From: an uncultured Gemmatimonadales bacterium
GTDB taxonomy: Bacteria > Gemmatimonadota > Gemmatimonadetes > Gemmatimonadales > GWC2-71-9
Reading direction: 5' to 3'
Assembly (NCBI GenBank): GCA_963822925.1
Contig: CAWGJN010000016.1
Coordinates: 9,802-73,801 of the forward strand
Length of the DNA stretch: 64,000 nucleotides
Position numbers and translations under genes: made by a program. Below are positions 9,264 to 19,527 of the stretch, piece by piece (the stretch's first letter is position 1; every line of letters starts with the position of its first letter). The notes under the pieces were generated by a model. That model ran no database searches and was not told where the DNA came from. It saw only the letters and a program-made list of their open reading frames with translations.

Positions 9264-10757
9264 GTGAAAAGAGTCCTGGTAGCGAACCGCGGGGAGATCG
9301 CCCTGCGGATCGTGCGTGCCTGTCATGAAGACGGCATCGACGCGGTAGCGGTGTACTCCGATGCGGATCGCACCAGTCCGCACGTGCAGGCCGCCGATCG
9401 CGCCGTGCATATCGGGCCCGCGCCGGCCGCGGAGAGCTATCTCAGTATCCCGCGCCTGCTCGAGGCGGCGGCCGCAAGCGGCGCCGATGCGATACATCCC
9501 GGTTACGGCTTTCTCGCGGAGCGGGCGGCGTTCGCCGACGCGGTGACCGATGCCGGACTGGTGTGGATCGGACCACCGCCGTCAGCCATCCGCGCCATGG
9601 GCGACAAGACCGAGGCCCGCCGCCGGATGCAGCACGCCGGGGTTCCGGTCGTGCCCGGTGCGGTGACGGCGGTGGCTGACCTCAAGAGCGCGCGACTTGT
9701 GGCAGAGGAAATCGGGTTTCCGCTCATGGTGAAGGCATCCGCCGGTGGCGGTGGCCGCGGCATGCGGGTGGTGCACGCGCCCGGCGAGCTGCGATCCGCA
9801 CTGGAAACCGCCGCCTCCGAGGCGGAAAAGGCCTTTGGCGATGCGCGCGTCTATCTCGAGAAGTACATCGAACGCCCGCGCCACATCGAGATCCAGGTGC
9901 TGGCCGACCACACACGGACGGTGCACCTGGGCGAACGCGAGTGCTCGATCCAGCGACGGCACCAGAAGCTCGTGGAGGAAGCGCCGTCGGTCGCCGTCAC
10001 GTCGGAGTTGCGCGAATGGATGGGCCAGGCCGCCATCGCTGCCGCCGAGGCCGTGGGCTATCGCGGGGCGGGAACGTGCGAGTTCCTGCTGTCGCAGGGC
10101 GGGTCGTTCTACTTCCTCGAGATGAATACCCGGATCCAGGTAGAGCACCCGGTCACGGAGCTCGTGTTCGGGGTGGACCTCGTGCGGGAGCAGTTGCGCA
10201 TTGCGCAGGGACTGCCCATGGGCGTGCCGAGCACGTACCTGCATCCGCGTGGATGGTCGATCGAGTGCCGCATTACCAGCGAGGATCCCGCCGCGGGATT
10301 CCTGCCGTCCACCGGGCGGATCACGGCCCTCCGGGCACCGGGAGGCCCGGGAGTCCGCTGGGACTGTGGTGTCGAGGTCGGCAACGAGATCACGCTGTAC
10401 TATGACTCGCTGCTGGCCAAGCTCATCGTGTGGGCCCCGAACCGGGCCGACGCGATCGCACGAATGGGCCGGGCACTCGACGAGTTGGTGATTGCGGGCG
10501 TCGCCACCAACCAGTCGTTTCATCGACGATTGATGGCGGACGAGGCTTTTCGCGAGGGCGAGTTCGACATTCAGCTCCTGGAGCGCCGCCCCGAACTGCT
10601 CTCGGATATCGTTGGCGGTGACCTCGCGGCCGACCTGGCGGTCGTGATCGCCGTGGTGGAGGACGAGGCGCGCGAACGCCGTGCGCCGCCTGCCGCGGAG
10701 ACCGCGGCGCAAGGCAGCGCGTGGCTCGACGCCGCCCGACGCGACCAGCTTCGCTGA
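9264..10757 (+). CDS. accC: biotin carboxylase subunit (no fused BCCP domain)
   Basis: GTG start. Contains KRVLVANRGEIALRIVRAC, IHPGYGFLAE, GGGGRGMRVV, EMNTRIQVEHPVTE and ITSEDP. Confidence 0.93.
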   Translation: MKRVLVANRGEIALRIVRACHEDGIDAVAVYSDADRTSPHVQAADRAVHIGPAPAAESYLSIPRLLEAAAASGADAIHPGYGFLAERAAFADAVTDAGLVWIGPPPSAIRAMGDKTEARRRMQHAGVPVVPGAVTAVADLKSARLVAEEIGFPLMVKASAGGGGRGMRVVHAPGELRSALETAASEAEKAFGDARVYLEKYIERPRHIEIQVLADHTRTVHLGERECSIQRRHQKLVEEAPSVAVTSELREWMGQAAIAAAEAVGYRGAGTCEFLLSQGGSFYFLEMNTRIQVEHPVTELVFGVDLVREQLRIAQGLPMGVPSTYLHPRGWSIECRITSEDPAAGFLPSTGRITALRAPGGPGVRWDCGVEVGNEITLYYDSLLAKLIVWAPNRADAIARMGRALDELVIAGVATNQSFHRRLMADEAFREGEFDIQLLERRPELLSDIVGGDLAADLAVVIAVVEDEARERRAPPAAETAAQGSAWLDAARRDQLR

Positions 10758-12013
10758 CTCGCCCGGCGGAGCCGGCCGGTGATTCCATCGAAACGGTGCG
10801 CATCGAGCGAATCGCGGCCGGTGGCGACGGTATCGGGCACCTCGCCGATGGCCGGGCCGTTTTTGTGCCACGCAGTGCGCCAGGCGACCTTCTGGAACTC
10901 GCGCGCGTGGTGCGACAGCGATCCTTTGCGCGAGCCGAGGCCGGTCGCCTCCTGGAGGCGGGACCGGGCCGCGTCGTCCCTCCGTGCCCGCACTATGAGC
11001 GCGACCGTTGCGGCGGCTGCCAGTTGCAGCACCTCTCGCCCGGGGCACAGCGCGAGGCCCGACGGGCCATCGTGGGCGACGCGCTCCGGCGCGTGGGGCG
11101 GCGTGACATCGCTGACCCGGAGCTGCAACCGGCAGACGAAGAATGGGCCTACCGGACGCGGATCACGCTGCACCAGAGTTCCGACGGCCGGCGCATCGGC
11201 TACCATCGGCTCGGCCGGCCGGGCGAGATCTTCGATCTGGAGCGCTGCCTCCTCGCGGTGCCGGCGGTGCAGGAACTGTGGGATGTCCTGCGGCTGCAGC
11301 GACGCTTCCTGCCGAAGCGTGTCGAGTCCGTCACGCTGCGCCTCGAGCGCGGCAGCGCCCGTCACATCCTCGTGCGTGGCGCGGAGGCGGCGTGGCCGGA
11401 TGCGGGCCGGCTCGTCGATGTCATTCGCGCGCGGCTGCCGGACGTGTCGGTGTGGTGGCACCCTCCCGACGGGGCGCCCCGCGTCATTGGCGAGAGTCTC
11501 GCGTTCCCGGTGACTGTGTTCGAGCAGGTGAATCCGGTGATGGGGGACCGGGCTCGCGACTGGGCAGTTGCTGCGCTGGGCGACGTATCGGGCCGCGTCG
11601 GCTGGGATTTGTATGCGGGCATCGGCGAGACCAGCCGCATGCTGGTGCAGCGCGGCGCGCGGATCGAGAGTGTCGAGTCGGATGCGCGGGCCGTGCGGCT
11701 CGCCCAGTCGCAGGCTGGCGGAGCGCAAACATTCCTCGCGCACGCGGGGCGGGTCGAGGACGTCATCGGCACGCTGTCGCCTGCTGCATTCGTGATCACC
11801 AACCCGCCGCGTACCGGGATGGGCGCTCCCGTCGTCGAGTGCATCGCCGCGTCCCCCGCCCGGCGCCTGGTGTACATCTCCTGCGATCCCGCCACGCTGG
11901 CTCGTGACCTCCTCGGGCTTGGTGAGGGCTGGCGCCTGTCGGCCCTCAAGGCCTTCGATCTCTTCCCGCAGACCGCGCACGTGGAAACCGTCGCGGTCCT
12001 GGAGCGCGAATGA
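10721..12013 (+). CDS. SAM-dependent RNA (uracil-5)-methyltransferase, RumA/RlmD/TrmA family
   Basis: N-terminal TRAM-like segment (IERIAAGGDGIGHL.DGRAVFVPRSAPGD), Cys cluster CPHYERDRCGGCQLQH, FEQVN, DLYAGIGE, NPPRTG, YISCDPATLARD and the ending VETVAVLER. The start is uncertain (GTG 10721 overlaps the accC end by 37 nt; a later start is possible). Confidence 0.85.
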   Translation: MARRRPTRPASLTRPAEPAGDSIETVRIERIAAGGDGIGHLADGRAVFVPRSAPGDLLELARVVRQRSFARAEAGRLLEAGPGRVVPPCPHYERDRCGGCQLQHLSPGAQREARRAIVGDALRRVGRRDIADPELQPADEEWAYRTRITLHQSSDGRRIGYHRLGRPGEIFDLERCLLAVPAVQELWDVLRLQRRFLPKRVESVTLRLERGSARHILVRGAEAAWPDAGRLVDVIRARLPDVSVWWHPPDGAPRVIGESLAFPVTVFEQVNPVMGDRARDWAVAALGDVSGRVGWDLYAGIGETSRMLVQRGARIESVESDARAVRLAQSQAGGAQTFLAHAGRVEDVIGTLSPAAFVITNPPRTGMGAPVVECIAASPARRLVYISCDPATLARDLLGLGEGWRLSALKAFDLFPQTAHVETVAVLERE

Positions 12014-12522
12014 AGTACTTCGTCACACTGGGCGGCCGGGAGATCGAGGTCGTCATCGACGGCGAGCGCGTGACGGTCGAAGGCCGGACAGCCGTGGTGC
12101 ATCAGACGACGATTCCGGGCACGCCGCTCCATCAGGTGGTGATCGACGGCCGGGTCCTGCTGCTGCCACTCGAGCGGTTGTCGGCCGGCCGCTGGGCGGT
12201 GACCTCATGGGGCGAGCGACGTGAGGCCACGGTGCTGGACGAGCGCGCCCGCCACATCCAGAGCCTGGTCCGGCAGGCCGAGCCGCAGGCGCAGGGAGGT
12301 GTGATCCGGGCCCCGATGCCGGGCCTGGTCCTCCGGATACCGGTGTCGGTGGGTGACGCCGTGTCACCCGGGCAAGGCATCCTGGTCCTCGAGGCGATGA
12401 AGATGGAGAACGAGATCAAGGCCGTGGCGTCGGGGGTCGTGGCCTCGATTCCGGTCCAGGCGGGCCAGGCGGTGGAAAAGGGCCAGGTCCTCCTGCATCT
12501 GGGACCTGTTGGCGGGGCTTGA
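12010..12522 (+). CDS. biotin carboxyl carrier protein (biotinyl domain protein)
   Basis: The C-terminal biotinyl domain has EAMKMENEI around the biotinylated Lys. ATGA overlap with the upstream methyltransferase gene. Confidence 0.85.
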   Translation: MKYFVTLGGREIEVVIDGERVTVEGRTAVVHQTTIPGTPLHQVVIDGRVLLLPLERLSAGRWAVTSWGERREATVLDERARHIQSLVRQAEPQAQGGVIRAPMPGLVLRIPVSVGDAVSPGQGILVLEAMKMENEIKAVASGVVASIPVQAGQAVEKGQVLLHLGPVGGA

Positions 12523-12600
12523 CCCGTCCGCCGATAGTGAGGTATCTTGTGAGTCTGTCTTGATTTGGCTCGATTACCAGACTCTCAAGAGTTAGTGGAC

Positions 12601-13056
12601 ATGAAGACCTTTTCCGCCACGCCGAACGACATCTCGCACGACTGGCACGTGGTCGACGCCGCGGGGATTCCCCTGGGCCGCCTCGCGAGCGCCGTGGCGC
12701 AGCTGATTCGCGGCAAGCACAAGCCGACCTTCACGCCGCACATGGACGGTGGCGATTTCGTCATCGTGCTCAATGCGTCCAAGGTGAAGTTCACCGGCCG
12801 CAAGCTGACCCAGAAGACCTACTTCAAGCACACCGGCTACATGGGTCACGAGAGCCATACGGTGGCGCGCGACATGATGGACAGCCATCCGGATCGCGTC
12901 ATCGAGAAGGCCGTGTTCGGCATGCTGCCGAAGAACTCCCTCGCGAAGCAGCACATGCGGGGCAAGCTCAAGGTCTACGCCGGCGCGGAGCATCCCCACG
13001 CCGCGCAAATGCCGAAACCCTATACCGTGACGACGCCCAAGAAGGTGACCGCATGA
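12601..13056 (+). CDS. rplM: 50S ribosomal protein L13
   Basis: MKTFSATPNDISHDWHVVDA..GIPLGRLAS.VA..IRGKHKP.FTPH.D.GD.VIV.NA matches L13. ATG 12601 is preferred over the ORF-track start. Confidence 0.95.
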   Translation: MKTFSATPNDISHDWHVVDAAGIPLGRLASAVAQLIRGKHKPTFTPHMDGGDFVIVLNASKVKFTGRKLTQKTYFKHTGYMGHESHTVARDMMDSHPDRVIEKAVFGMLPKNSLAKQHMRGKLKVYAGAEHPHAAQMPKPYTVTTPKKVTA

Positions 13057-13457
13057 GCGCGACGCTCGATCAGTTCCGCTGGCAGGCTGTTGGCCGACGC
13101 AAGACGAGCGTGGCCCGGGTCTATCTCACGCCGGGCACCGGCAAGTGGGACGTGAACGGCCGCACGCTGGGCGACTACTTCCCGCGTCCGTCGCTGGTGC
13201 AGCACATCCAGCAGTCGTTCACCACCACCGATACGCTGGGTGCGTTCGATGTGCGCGCCATCGTGAATGGTGGTGGTCAGACCGGGCAGGCGGGCGCCCT
13301 GCGCCACGCCATCGCGCGGGCGCTGGTGGCGGCCGACGGTCAGCACCGCACCAAGCTGCGGGCGGCGGGCCTGATGACGCGCGATCCGCGCGCCGTCGAG
13401 CGCAAGAAGCCGGGCCGTGCCGGCGCCCGGAAGCGGTTCCAGTTCAGCAAGCGTTAG
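13053..13457 (+). CDS. rpsI: 30S ribosomal protein S9
   Basis: 134 aa ending RKKPGRAGARKRFQFSKR. ATGA overlap with rplM. Confidence 0.96.
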   Translation: MSATLDQFRWQAVGRRKTSVARVYLTPGTGKWDVNGRTLGDYFPRPSLVQHIQQSFTTTDTLGAFDVRAIVNGGGQTGQAGALRHAIARALVAADGQHRTKLRAAGLMTRDPRAVERKKPGRAGARKRFQFSKR

Positions 13458-13463
13458 TCGACG

Positions 13464-13509
13464 GGGCGGCCGGCAACGGCCGCCCGCCGCGCGGAAATGG
13501 TTTCCGCGC
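13464..13509 (+). terminator. two tandem perfect GC-rich hairpins after rpsI
   Basis: GGGCGGCCG-GCAA-CGGCCGCCC (13464-13485) and GCGCGGAAA-TGG-TTTCCGCGC (13489-13509). There is no clear U-tract, so function as a terminator is inferred. Confidence 0.5.
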
Positions 13510-13647
13510 ATCACGCACATCGCTGGAGGCAGGCCGGGGTGTCCCGAGCTCGAGTTGCGACCCGCGAGGTCGCCCGGGCGAGGGATCCAGCCGCCGATGA
13601 ACGCGATGGACGATCAACCCCAACGAAGGAAGGACGCACCACTCCGC

Positions 13648-14532
13648 ATGTCGCAGCCTCAGCTCCAGGACCTGCTCGAAGCCGGTGTCCATTTCGGACA
13701 CCAGACCCGCCGCTGGAACCCGAAGATGCGCCGGTTCATCTTCGCCGAACGTTCCGGCATCTACATCATCGACCTCCAGAAGACGCTCCGCCAGATCGCC
13801 AAGGCGCAGGAGCTCCTGCGTGGCGTGGTGCAGAAGGGCGAGAACGTGCTCTTCGTCTGCACCAAGAAGCAGCTGAAGGGCGTCCTCCAGATGGATGCCG
13901 CCAACTGCGGCGCGTTCTATGTTACCGAGCGGTGGCTCGGCGGCACGCTCACCAACTTCGCGACGATCAAGAAGCAGATCCGCCGGTTGCGCGAGCTCGA
14001 GCAGGGCGCCTCGGATGGCGATTTCGAGAACTATACCAAGAAGGAAAAGCTGCTCTTCGAGCGCGAGCGCGTGAAGCTGTCGCGCAACCTCGAGGGCATC
14101 AAGCACATGAGCCGGTTGCCGGGGGCGCTCTTCGTGGTGGATGCGAAGAAGGAGCGGATCGCGGTGAGCGAGGCCAACAAGCTGGGGATCCCGGTGGTTG
14201 CCATTGTGGATACCAACGCTGATCCCGATGTCATCACCGTGCCGGTGCCGGGCAACGACGACGCGATCCGGTCGGTCGGCCTGATCACCCAGGCACTGTG
14301 CGACGAGATCCGCGAGGCTCGCGCGAGCGCGCCGACGCGGGAAGCGGGCGAGGACGTCGAGGCGGAGACGTACAGCAGCGACACCGGTGGTGAGGGCGAC
14401 ACCGACGCCGAGCGTCGCCGTCGCCGGCCGCGCCGCAAGCGCCGGCCCAAGCCGGAAGCGATTGCGGCACGGCTCAAGACCGACGGTACGCCCGAGGCGG
14501 CCGAGGCAGTTGCGGGCGAGACGGGCGCGTAA
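13648..14532 (+). CDS. rpsB: 30S ribosomal protein S2 with a long charged C-terminal tail
   Basis: ATG 13648 is preceded by GAAGGAAGGA. Contains LLEAGVHFGHQTRRWNPKM and YIIDL.KT. The core ends near residue 225 and is followed by about 70 aa of acidic then basic low-complexity sequence (RRRRRPRRKRRPKP). Confidence 0.93.
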   Translation: MSQPQLQDLLEAGVHFGHQTRRWNPKMRRFIFAERSGIYIIDLQKTLRQIAKAQELLRGVVQKGENVLFVCTKKQLKGVLQMDAANCGAFYVTERWLGGTLTNFATIKKQIRRLRELEQGASDGDFENYTKKEKLLFERERVKLSRNLEGIKHMSRLPGALFVVDAKKERIAVSEANKLGIPVVAIVDTNADPDVITVPVPGNDDAIRSVGLITQALCDEIREARASAPTREAGEDVEAETYSSDTGGEGDTDAERRRRRPRRKRRPKPEAIAARLKTDGTPEAAEAVAGETGA

Positions 14533-14625
14533 GCGAGGCCGGTAGCTCCGAGACTTGAGCCGCCGCTTCGGGCCCGTGCGGGCGCGGAACGGCGGCTTTC
14601 GCATACACAACAGGGAACTGGAAAA

Positions 14626-15492
14626 ATGACGGGAATGACGATTTCGACGAAGGATATCAGCGAGCTCCGCGCCCGCACCGGCGCCGGCATCGGCGACTGC
14701 AAGAAGGCCCTCGAAGAAGCCGGTGGCGACATGGCCAGGGCGGCCGAGCTGCTGCGCGCCAAGGGGATCGCCAAGGCCGAGAAGCGCGCCGGGCGTAGCG
14801 CTTCCCAGGGCCTCATCGGCATTGAAATGCTGGGCGGTGGCACGGCGGCGGGCATGATCGAGCTCGACTGCGAGACTGACTTCGTGGCGCGCACCGAGGA
14901 GTATCATGCCGTGCTCAACGACCTTACCAGCTTCGTCGCGACGTCGGCGCCCACCGGTGTCACCGAGGTCGGCGCTGAAGGCGAATTTCTCAAGACCCCG
15001 TACGCGGGCTCGACCGTGGACGAAGTGGTGAAGGCGACCAGCGCCAAGACCGGCGAAGCGGTGCAGCTCCGCCGCATCGCCCGCTTCGCGCCGGCCAACG
15101 GCGTGGTTGGCCACTACCTGCATCACAACGAGCAGGTCGGCACGCTGGTCGAAATCGAGGGTGCTACCGGCGAGGCGGCCCTGGCCCTCGCGAAGGACCT
15201 GGCGCTGCACGTGGCGTCGGCTGACCCCTTGGCGGTAGCGGCCGCCGACATCGACCGGGAGCTGCTCGAGCGCGAGCGCCGGATCGCGGAGCAGCAGGTG
15301 GCGGCTGAGGGCAAGCCGGAGAACATCCGGGCCAAGATCGTAGAGGGCAAGCTCAAGAAGTTCGCGAGCGAGCGGGCCCTGCTCGAGCAGCTCTTCATCA
15401 AGGACGACTCCAAGGTCGTCGGCCAGCTCGTCGCGGCCGTGTCGGGCGCCCGGGTGGTGCGGTTCGCGCGGTTCAAGGTGGGCGAGGCCTGA
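14626..15492 (+). CDS. tsf: translation elongation factor Ts
   Basis: [35 protein letters not shown] matches the EF-Ts N-terminus. An alternative ATG at 14635 fits the consensus start equally well. Confidence 0.93.
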   Translation: MTGMTISTKDISELRARTGAGIGDCKKALEEAGGDMARAAELLRAKGIAKAEKRAGRSASQGLIGIEMLGGGTAAGMIELDCETDFVARTEEYHAVLNDLTSFVATSAPTGVTEVGAEGEFLKTPYAGSTVDEVVKATSAKTGEAVQLRRIARFAPANGVVGHYLHHNEQVGTLVEIEGATGEAALALAKDLALHVASADPLAVAAADIDRELLERERRIAEQQVAAEGKPENIRAKIVEGKLKKFASERALLEQLFIKDDSKVVGQLVAAVSGARVVRFARFKVGEA

Positions 15493-16202
15493 TGGCGCTG
15501 AAGTACTCGAGCGCACTCCTCAAGCTCTCCGGCGAGGCACTCGCCGGGGAGCGCGGCTTCGGACTCGACTCGCAGGTGCTGGAGAGCCTGGCCGAGGAAA
15601 TCCGGTCGGTGCATGCACTCGGGGCCCGGCTGTCGCTGGTCATCGGCGGCGGCAACATCATCCGCGGCGCCACGGCGAGCCGTGAGGGACTCGACCGCGT
15701 CTCCGCGGATTACATGGGCATGCTTGGCACGGTCATCAACGCGCTGGCGTTGCAGGGAGTGCTGGAGCAGTTTGGAATGCAGACGCGCGTGATGACGGCG
15801 ATCCGGATGGAATCGGTGGCGGAGCCTTACATCCGCCGCCGCGCCATGCGCCATCTCGAGAAGGGCCGCATCGTCATTTTCGCCGCGGGCACCGGCAACC
15901 CGTTCTTCTCCACCGACACGGCCGGCGTGCTTCGCGCGCTCGAGATGGAGGCCGAGGTGGTGCTCAAGGGGACCAACGTCGACGGGGTCTATACCGCCGA
16001 CCCGAAGACGGATGCCAAGGCAGAGTTCCTCCCGCGCCTGTCCTTCCAGGAAGCCATCGTCAAGAACTACGCGGTCATGGATGCGAACGCGTTCGGCTTG
16101 TGCAAGGCCAACCAGCTGCCCATCATCGTCTTCAATATCAACCGGCCCGGCGCCCTGGCCCGCGTCATGCGCGGCGACACCGAGGGAACCATCGTCCAAT
16201 GA
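15492..16202 (+). CDS. pyrH: UMP kinase
   Basis: [48 protein letters not shown]. Confidence 0.96.
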   Translation: MALKYSSALLKLSGEALAGERGFGLDSQVLESLAEEIRSVHALGARLSLVIGGGNIIRGATASREGLDRVSADYMGMLGTVINALALQGVLEQFGMQTRVMTAIRMESVAEPYIRRRAMRHLEKGRIVIFAAGTGNPFFSTDTAGVLRALEMEAEVVLKGTNVDGVYTADPKTDAKAEFLPRLSFQEAIVKNYAVMDANAFGLCKANQLPIIVFNINRPGALARVMRGDTEGTIVQ

Positions 16203-16753
16203 AGACCATCCCCGAGATTGCGAAGCACGGGCGTGAGCTGATGCAGAAGGCTGTCGATGCCACCCGCCGCGAGTTGAGCACGATCCGCAGCGGCAAGGCC
16301 AGCACCAGCCTGCTCGACCTGGTGCGGGTCGAGGCCTATGGGTCGCATGTGCCGCTCAATCAGGTGGCCATGGTCGCCGCGCCCGAACCGCGACTCCTCA
16401 CCGTGCAGCCGTTCGACAAGGGCCTCACCCAGGCCATCGACAAGGCGATCCGCGAGGGTGACCTCGGGCTCAATCCGTCCACGCAGGGCAATCTGATCCG
16501 CATCCCGTTGCCGCCGCTCTCCGAAGAGCGCCGCCGGGACCTGGTCAAGATCGTCCACAAGCTGGCTGAGGAAGGGCGGGTCGCGGTGCGCCACGGCCGC
16601 ACCGACACCCTGTCGAAGATCAAGAAGCTCGAGCACATCTCGGAAGACGACAAGACGCGCGCCGAGAAGGATGTCCAGAAGCTCACCGACGAGCATATCC
16701 GCCAGATCGACGAGCTCATCAAGTCGAAGGAAGCGGAGATCATGGAAGTGTGA
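16199..16753 (+). CDS. frr: ribosome recycling factor
   Basis: ATGA overlap with pyrH. 184 aa with [19 protein letters not shown] and LNP...G..IRIP.PPL.EERR. Confidence 0.95.
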   Translation: MKTIPEIAKHGRELMQKAVDATRRELSTIRSGKASTSLLDLVRVEAYGSHVPLNQVAMVAAPEPRLLTVQPFDKGLTQAIDKAIREGDLGLNPSTQGNLIRIPLPPLSEERRRDLVKIVHKLAEEGRVAVRHGRTDTLSKIKKLEHISEDDKTRAEKDVQKLTDEHIRQIDELIKSKEAEIMEV

Positions 16754-16754
16754 C

Positions 16755-17498
16755 GTGAGCGATGACGCGCTGCTGCAGCGCATCCGCCTGAACGGAGCCA
16801 TCCCGACTCACGTCGCCGTCATCATGGATGGCAACGGGCGGTGGGCGCGGGGCCGGTCGCTGCCGCGTCCCCTGGGCCACGCGGCGGGAATGGCGGCGGT
16901 GCGCGAGGCGGTCGAGGCCTGTCTCGCCACGGGTGTCGAGGTGCTGACGCTGTTCGCCTTCAGCCAGGAAAACTGGCAGCGCCCGGCGGATGAGATCGCG
17001 GCGCTGATGAGCCTGCTCGAGGAATACATCGAGAAGGAGATGTCCGACCTGAGGGAGCGCCGGGTCGCGGTTCGGTTCCTCGGCGAACTGGACCGGCTGG
17101 TGCCCTCGGCGCGCGAGGCGGTGGACCGCATCGTCGCCACCACGGCGGGCGGTGACGCGCTGGCACTCAACATCTGCGTCTCCTACGGGTCACGCGCCGA
17201 GATCACGCGGGCGGCGAGGCTGCTCGCCGAAGACGCGGTAGCCGGCCGGATCCGGACGGACCAGGTGGACGAGGAAGCGCTCGCCCGCCGCCTCTATACT
17301 GCCGAGTGGCCGGATCCCGACCTCCTCATCCGCACGTCCGGCGAGCAGCGGATCTCGAACTTCCTCCTCTGGCAACTGGCGTACGCCGAGTTCCACGTGT
17401 CGCCCGTCCTGTGGCCCGACTTCACCCGCCAGCACTTCTTCGAGGCCATCCTCGACTTTCAACGGCGCGATCGCCGCTTCGGCCGCGTTCCGGTCTGA
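16755..17498 (+). CDS. uppS: undecaprenyl diphosphate synthase
   Basis: GTG start 2 nt after the frr stop. Contains HVAVIMDGNGRWA, LTLFAFSQENW.RP, IRTSGEQRISNFLLWQLAYAEF. Confidence 0.92.
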   Translation: MSDDALLQRIRLNGAIPTHVAVIMDGNGRWARGRSLPRPLGHAAGMAAVREAVEACLATGVEVLTLFAFSQENWQRPADEIAALMSLLEEYIEKEMSDLRERRVAVRFLGELDRLVPSAREAVDRIVATTAGGDALALNICVSYGSRAEITRAARLLAEDAVAGRIRTDQVDEEALARRLYTAEWPDPDLLIRTSGEQRISNFLLWQLAYAEFHVSPVLWPDFTRQHFFEAILDFQRRDRRFGRVPV

Positions 17499-18379
17499 TG
17501 GATTCCAACATGGTGCGACGGGTGGCATTTGCCGCCGTCGCCATTCCGCTCGCCCTTGGCATCGTCTGGTTCGGCGGATGGCCGCTTGCGCTCACGGTGG
17601 GCGCGGTCAGTGCGCTGGGCACGCGCGAGTTCTACGATCTTGCCCTGCACCAGGGCATCGATGCCGCGCGCCGGTTCGGCATCGCGACGGCGGCGCTGCT
17701 GGGGCCGCTGGCCCTGCTCGCGGCCCCGCGCGGGCCCCTGGCGGGCGTGGCGTCCATCGCCACCTTCATCGACTGGTGGCCCTACCTCGGCGCGCTCTGG
17801 GTGCTGGCGCTGCTGGTGTGGGCGCTGGCGCGACGGTCGCCGGCCGCACGGCCGCTTGAAGCGGTGGCCGTGACCGCGTTCGGCGTCCTGTATGCGGGTG
17901 CGCTGCCCGCGTTCCTCATCGGCATCAGGCATGGGGTGTTTGGCGCGCGGTCGTGGTCGGGCACGTGGCTCGTGTTCTTCCCGATGGTGGTCATCTGGGT
18001 GTGTGACAGTGCTGCGATGTCGGGCGGCCGAGCCATCGGCGGGGCCAAGCTGGCGCCGACGATCAGCCCAGGCAAGACGCGCTCGGGCTCCACGGTGGGC
18101 GTGCTGGGCGGGCTGCTGGTGGCGCCGATCTTCGCCTACCTGGTCTTTCCCCGCGTCGGCATCAGCGCGAGCGCGCTGGCGCTGCTCGTCATTGCCGCGC
18201 TGATCTCGGTGCTGGGGCAGCTGGGCGACCTCGCGGAGTCGCTGTTCAAGCGGGAGGTGGGCGTCAAGGACTCGAGCCACCTGATCCCGGGACATGGCGG
18301 CGTGCTCGACCGCTTTGACTCGCTCTACTTCGCGCTGCCGATCGCCGCCTTCTGCTACACCCTCTTCGGTATTCCATGA
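17498..18379 (+). CDS. cdsA: phosphatidate cytidylyltransferase
   Basis: Polytopic membrane protein with the C-terminal signature SLFKREVGVKDSSHLIPGHGGVLDRFDS. The ATG overlaps the uppS stop by 1 nt. Confidence 0.9.
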   Translation: MDSNMVRRVAFAAVAIPLALGIVWFGGWPLALTVGAVSALGTREFYDLALHQGIDAARRFGIATAALLGPLALLAAPRGPLAGVASIATFIDWWPYLGALWVLALLVWALARRSPAARPLEAVAVTAFGVLYAGALPAFLIGIRHGVFGARSWSGTWLVFFPMVVIWVCDSAAMSGGRAIGGAKLAPTISPGKTRSGSTVGVLGGLLVAPIFAYLVFPRVGISASALALLVIAALISVLGQLGDLAESLFKREVGVKDSSHLIPGHGGVLDRFDSLYFALPIAAFCYTLFGIP

Positions 18380-19527
18380 CGGAGACCCGGACGAACAGGC
18401 GCACGCGCGGCGTCGCGGTGCTGGGATCGACCGGGTCGATCGGCGAGAGCGCGCTGCGCGTGCTCGATCGCCAGCGGGACCACTTCCGGGTCGTGGCGCT
18501 CACCGCCGGGCGGCAACGGGAACGGCTGCTGGCTCAGGTGGCCAGCTGGAAACCCGACTTCGCGGGCATCGTGGAGGGTGTGGGCGGAGACGGTCTTGCC
18601 TCGGGCGTCGAGGTACTGCTTGAGGCCGCCCTGCATCCCGACGTGGACATCGTGCTGAACGCACTGGTGGGTGCGGCCGGGCTCGATGCGACGCTCGCCG
18701 CCCTGCGCGCCGGCAAGCGGGTGGCCCTGGCCAACAAGGAATCACTGGTCATGGCCGGCGAGCTCGTAGCGGAGGCGGCGCGGCAGGGCGGGGGCGAGGT
18801 GATCCCCGTCGACTCGGAACACAGCGCGGTGCTGCAGTGTGTCACCGGGCACAATGGACGGCTCGCCCGTCTCATCCTCACGGCCTCGGGCGGCCCCTTC
18901 CGGGGCTGGGACTTCGAGCGGGTGGCGCAAGCGACCGTGGAGCAGGCGCTCAACCATCCGACCTGGCGCATGGGCAGCAAGATCACAGTGGACAGCGCCA
19001 CACTCGCCAACAAGGCCCTCGAAGTCATCGAGGCGCACTTCCTCTTCGGGCTGTCGTACGACCAGGTCGACGTCGTGGTTCATCCCCAGAGCATCGTGCA
19101 CGCCTTCGCCGAGTTCTGCGATGGCAATGTGATGGCACAGGTGGGGTTCCCGACGATGGAGCTTCCGATTCTCTACGCGCTCACCCATCCTGATCGTCTG
19201 CCCGACTCGGGAACCCGGCGCTTCGACCCGGTGGCCGCGGGTCACCTCACGTTCGAACCGGTCCGGTCCGACGTCTTCCGTGCGTTTCCGCTCGGGGTCG
19301 CCGCCGGGCGCGCCGGCGGAACCTCGCCGGCGGTATTCAATGCAGCGAACGAAGAGGCGGTGGCCGCGTTCCTCGCGGGCGCACTGCCGTTCGGTCGCAT
19401 CAGCGACGTCATCGCCTCAGTGCTCGACCGGCATGTCTCCGAGCCGGTGCGCGATGTCGAGACCGTGCGCGCCGCCGATCGCCGGGCCCGGGACCAGGCC
19501 CGCTCACTGGTAGGACAGCCATGCTAG
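18376..19527 (+). CDS. dxr: 1-deoxy-D-xylulose 5-phosphate reductoisomerase
   Basis: VLGSTGSIG, ALANKESLV, PVDSEHSA, LTASGGPFR, HPTW.MG.KITVDSAT..NKALEVIEA. Confidence 0.96.
   Translation: MTETRTNRRTRGVAVLGSTGSIGESALRVLDRQRDHFRVVALTAGRQRERLLAQVASWKPDFAGIVEGVGGDGLASGVEVLLEAALHPDVDIVLNALVGAAGLDATLAALRAGKRVALANKESLVMAGELVAEAARQGGGEVIPVDSEHSAVLQCVTGHNGRLARLILTASGGPFRGWDFERVAQATVEQALNHPTWRMGSKITVDSATLANKALEVIEAHFLFGLSYDQVDVVVHPQSIVHAFAEFCDGNVMAQVGFPTMELPILYALTHPDRLPDSGTRRFDPVAAGHLTFEPVRSDVFRAFPLGVAAGRAGGTSPAVFNAANEEAVAAFLAGALPFGRISDVIASVLDRHVSEPVRDVETVRAADRRARDQARSLVGQPC

Noticed and set aside
12551-12584. Hairpin GAGTCTG...CAGACTC upstream of rplM as an L13 autoregulatory leader.
   Set aside because: It has only a 7-bp stem with a poorly paired interior. 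I cannot compare it with a covariance model, so it is not supportable from sequence alone.
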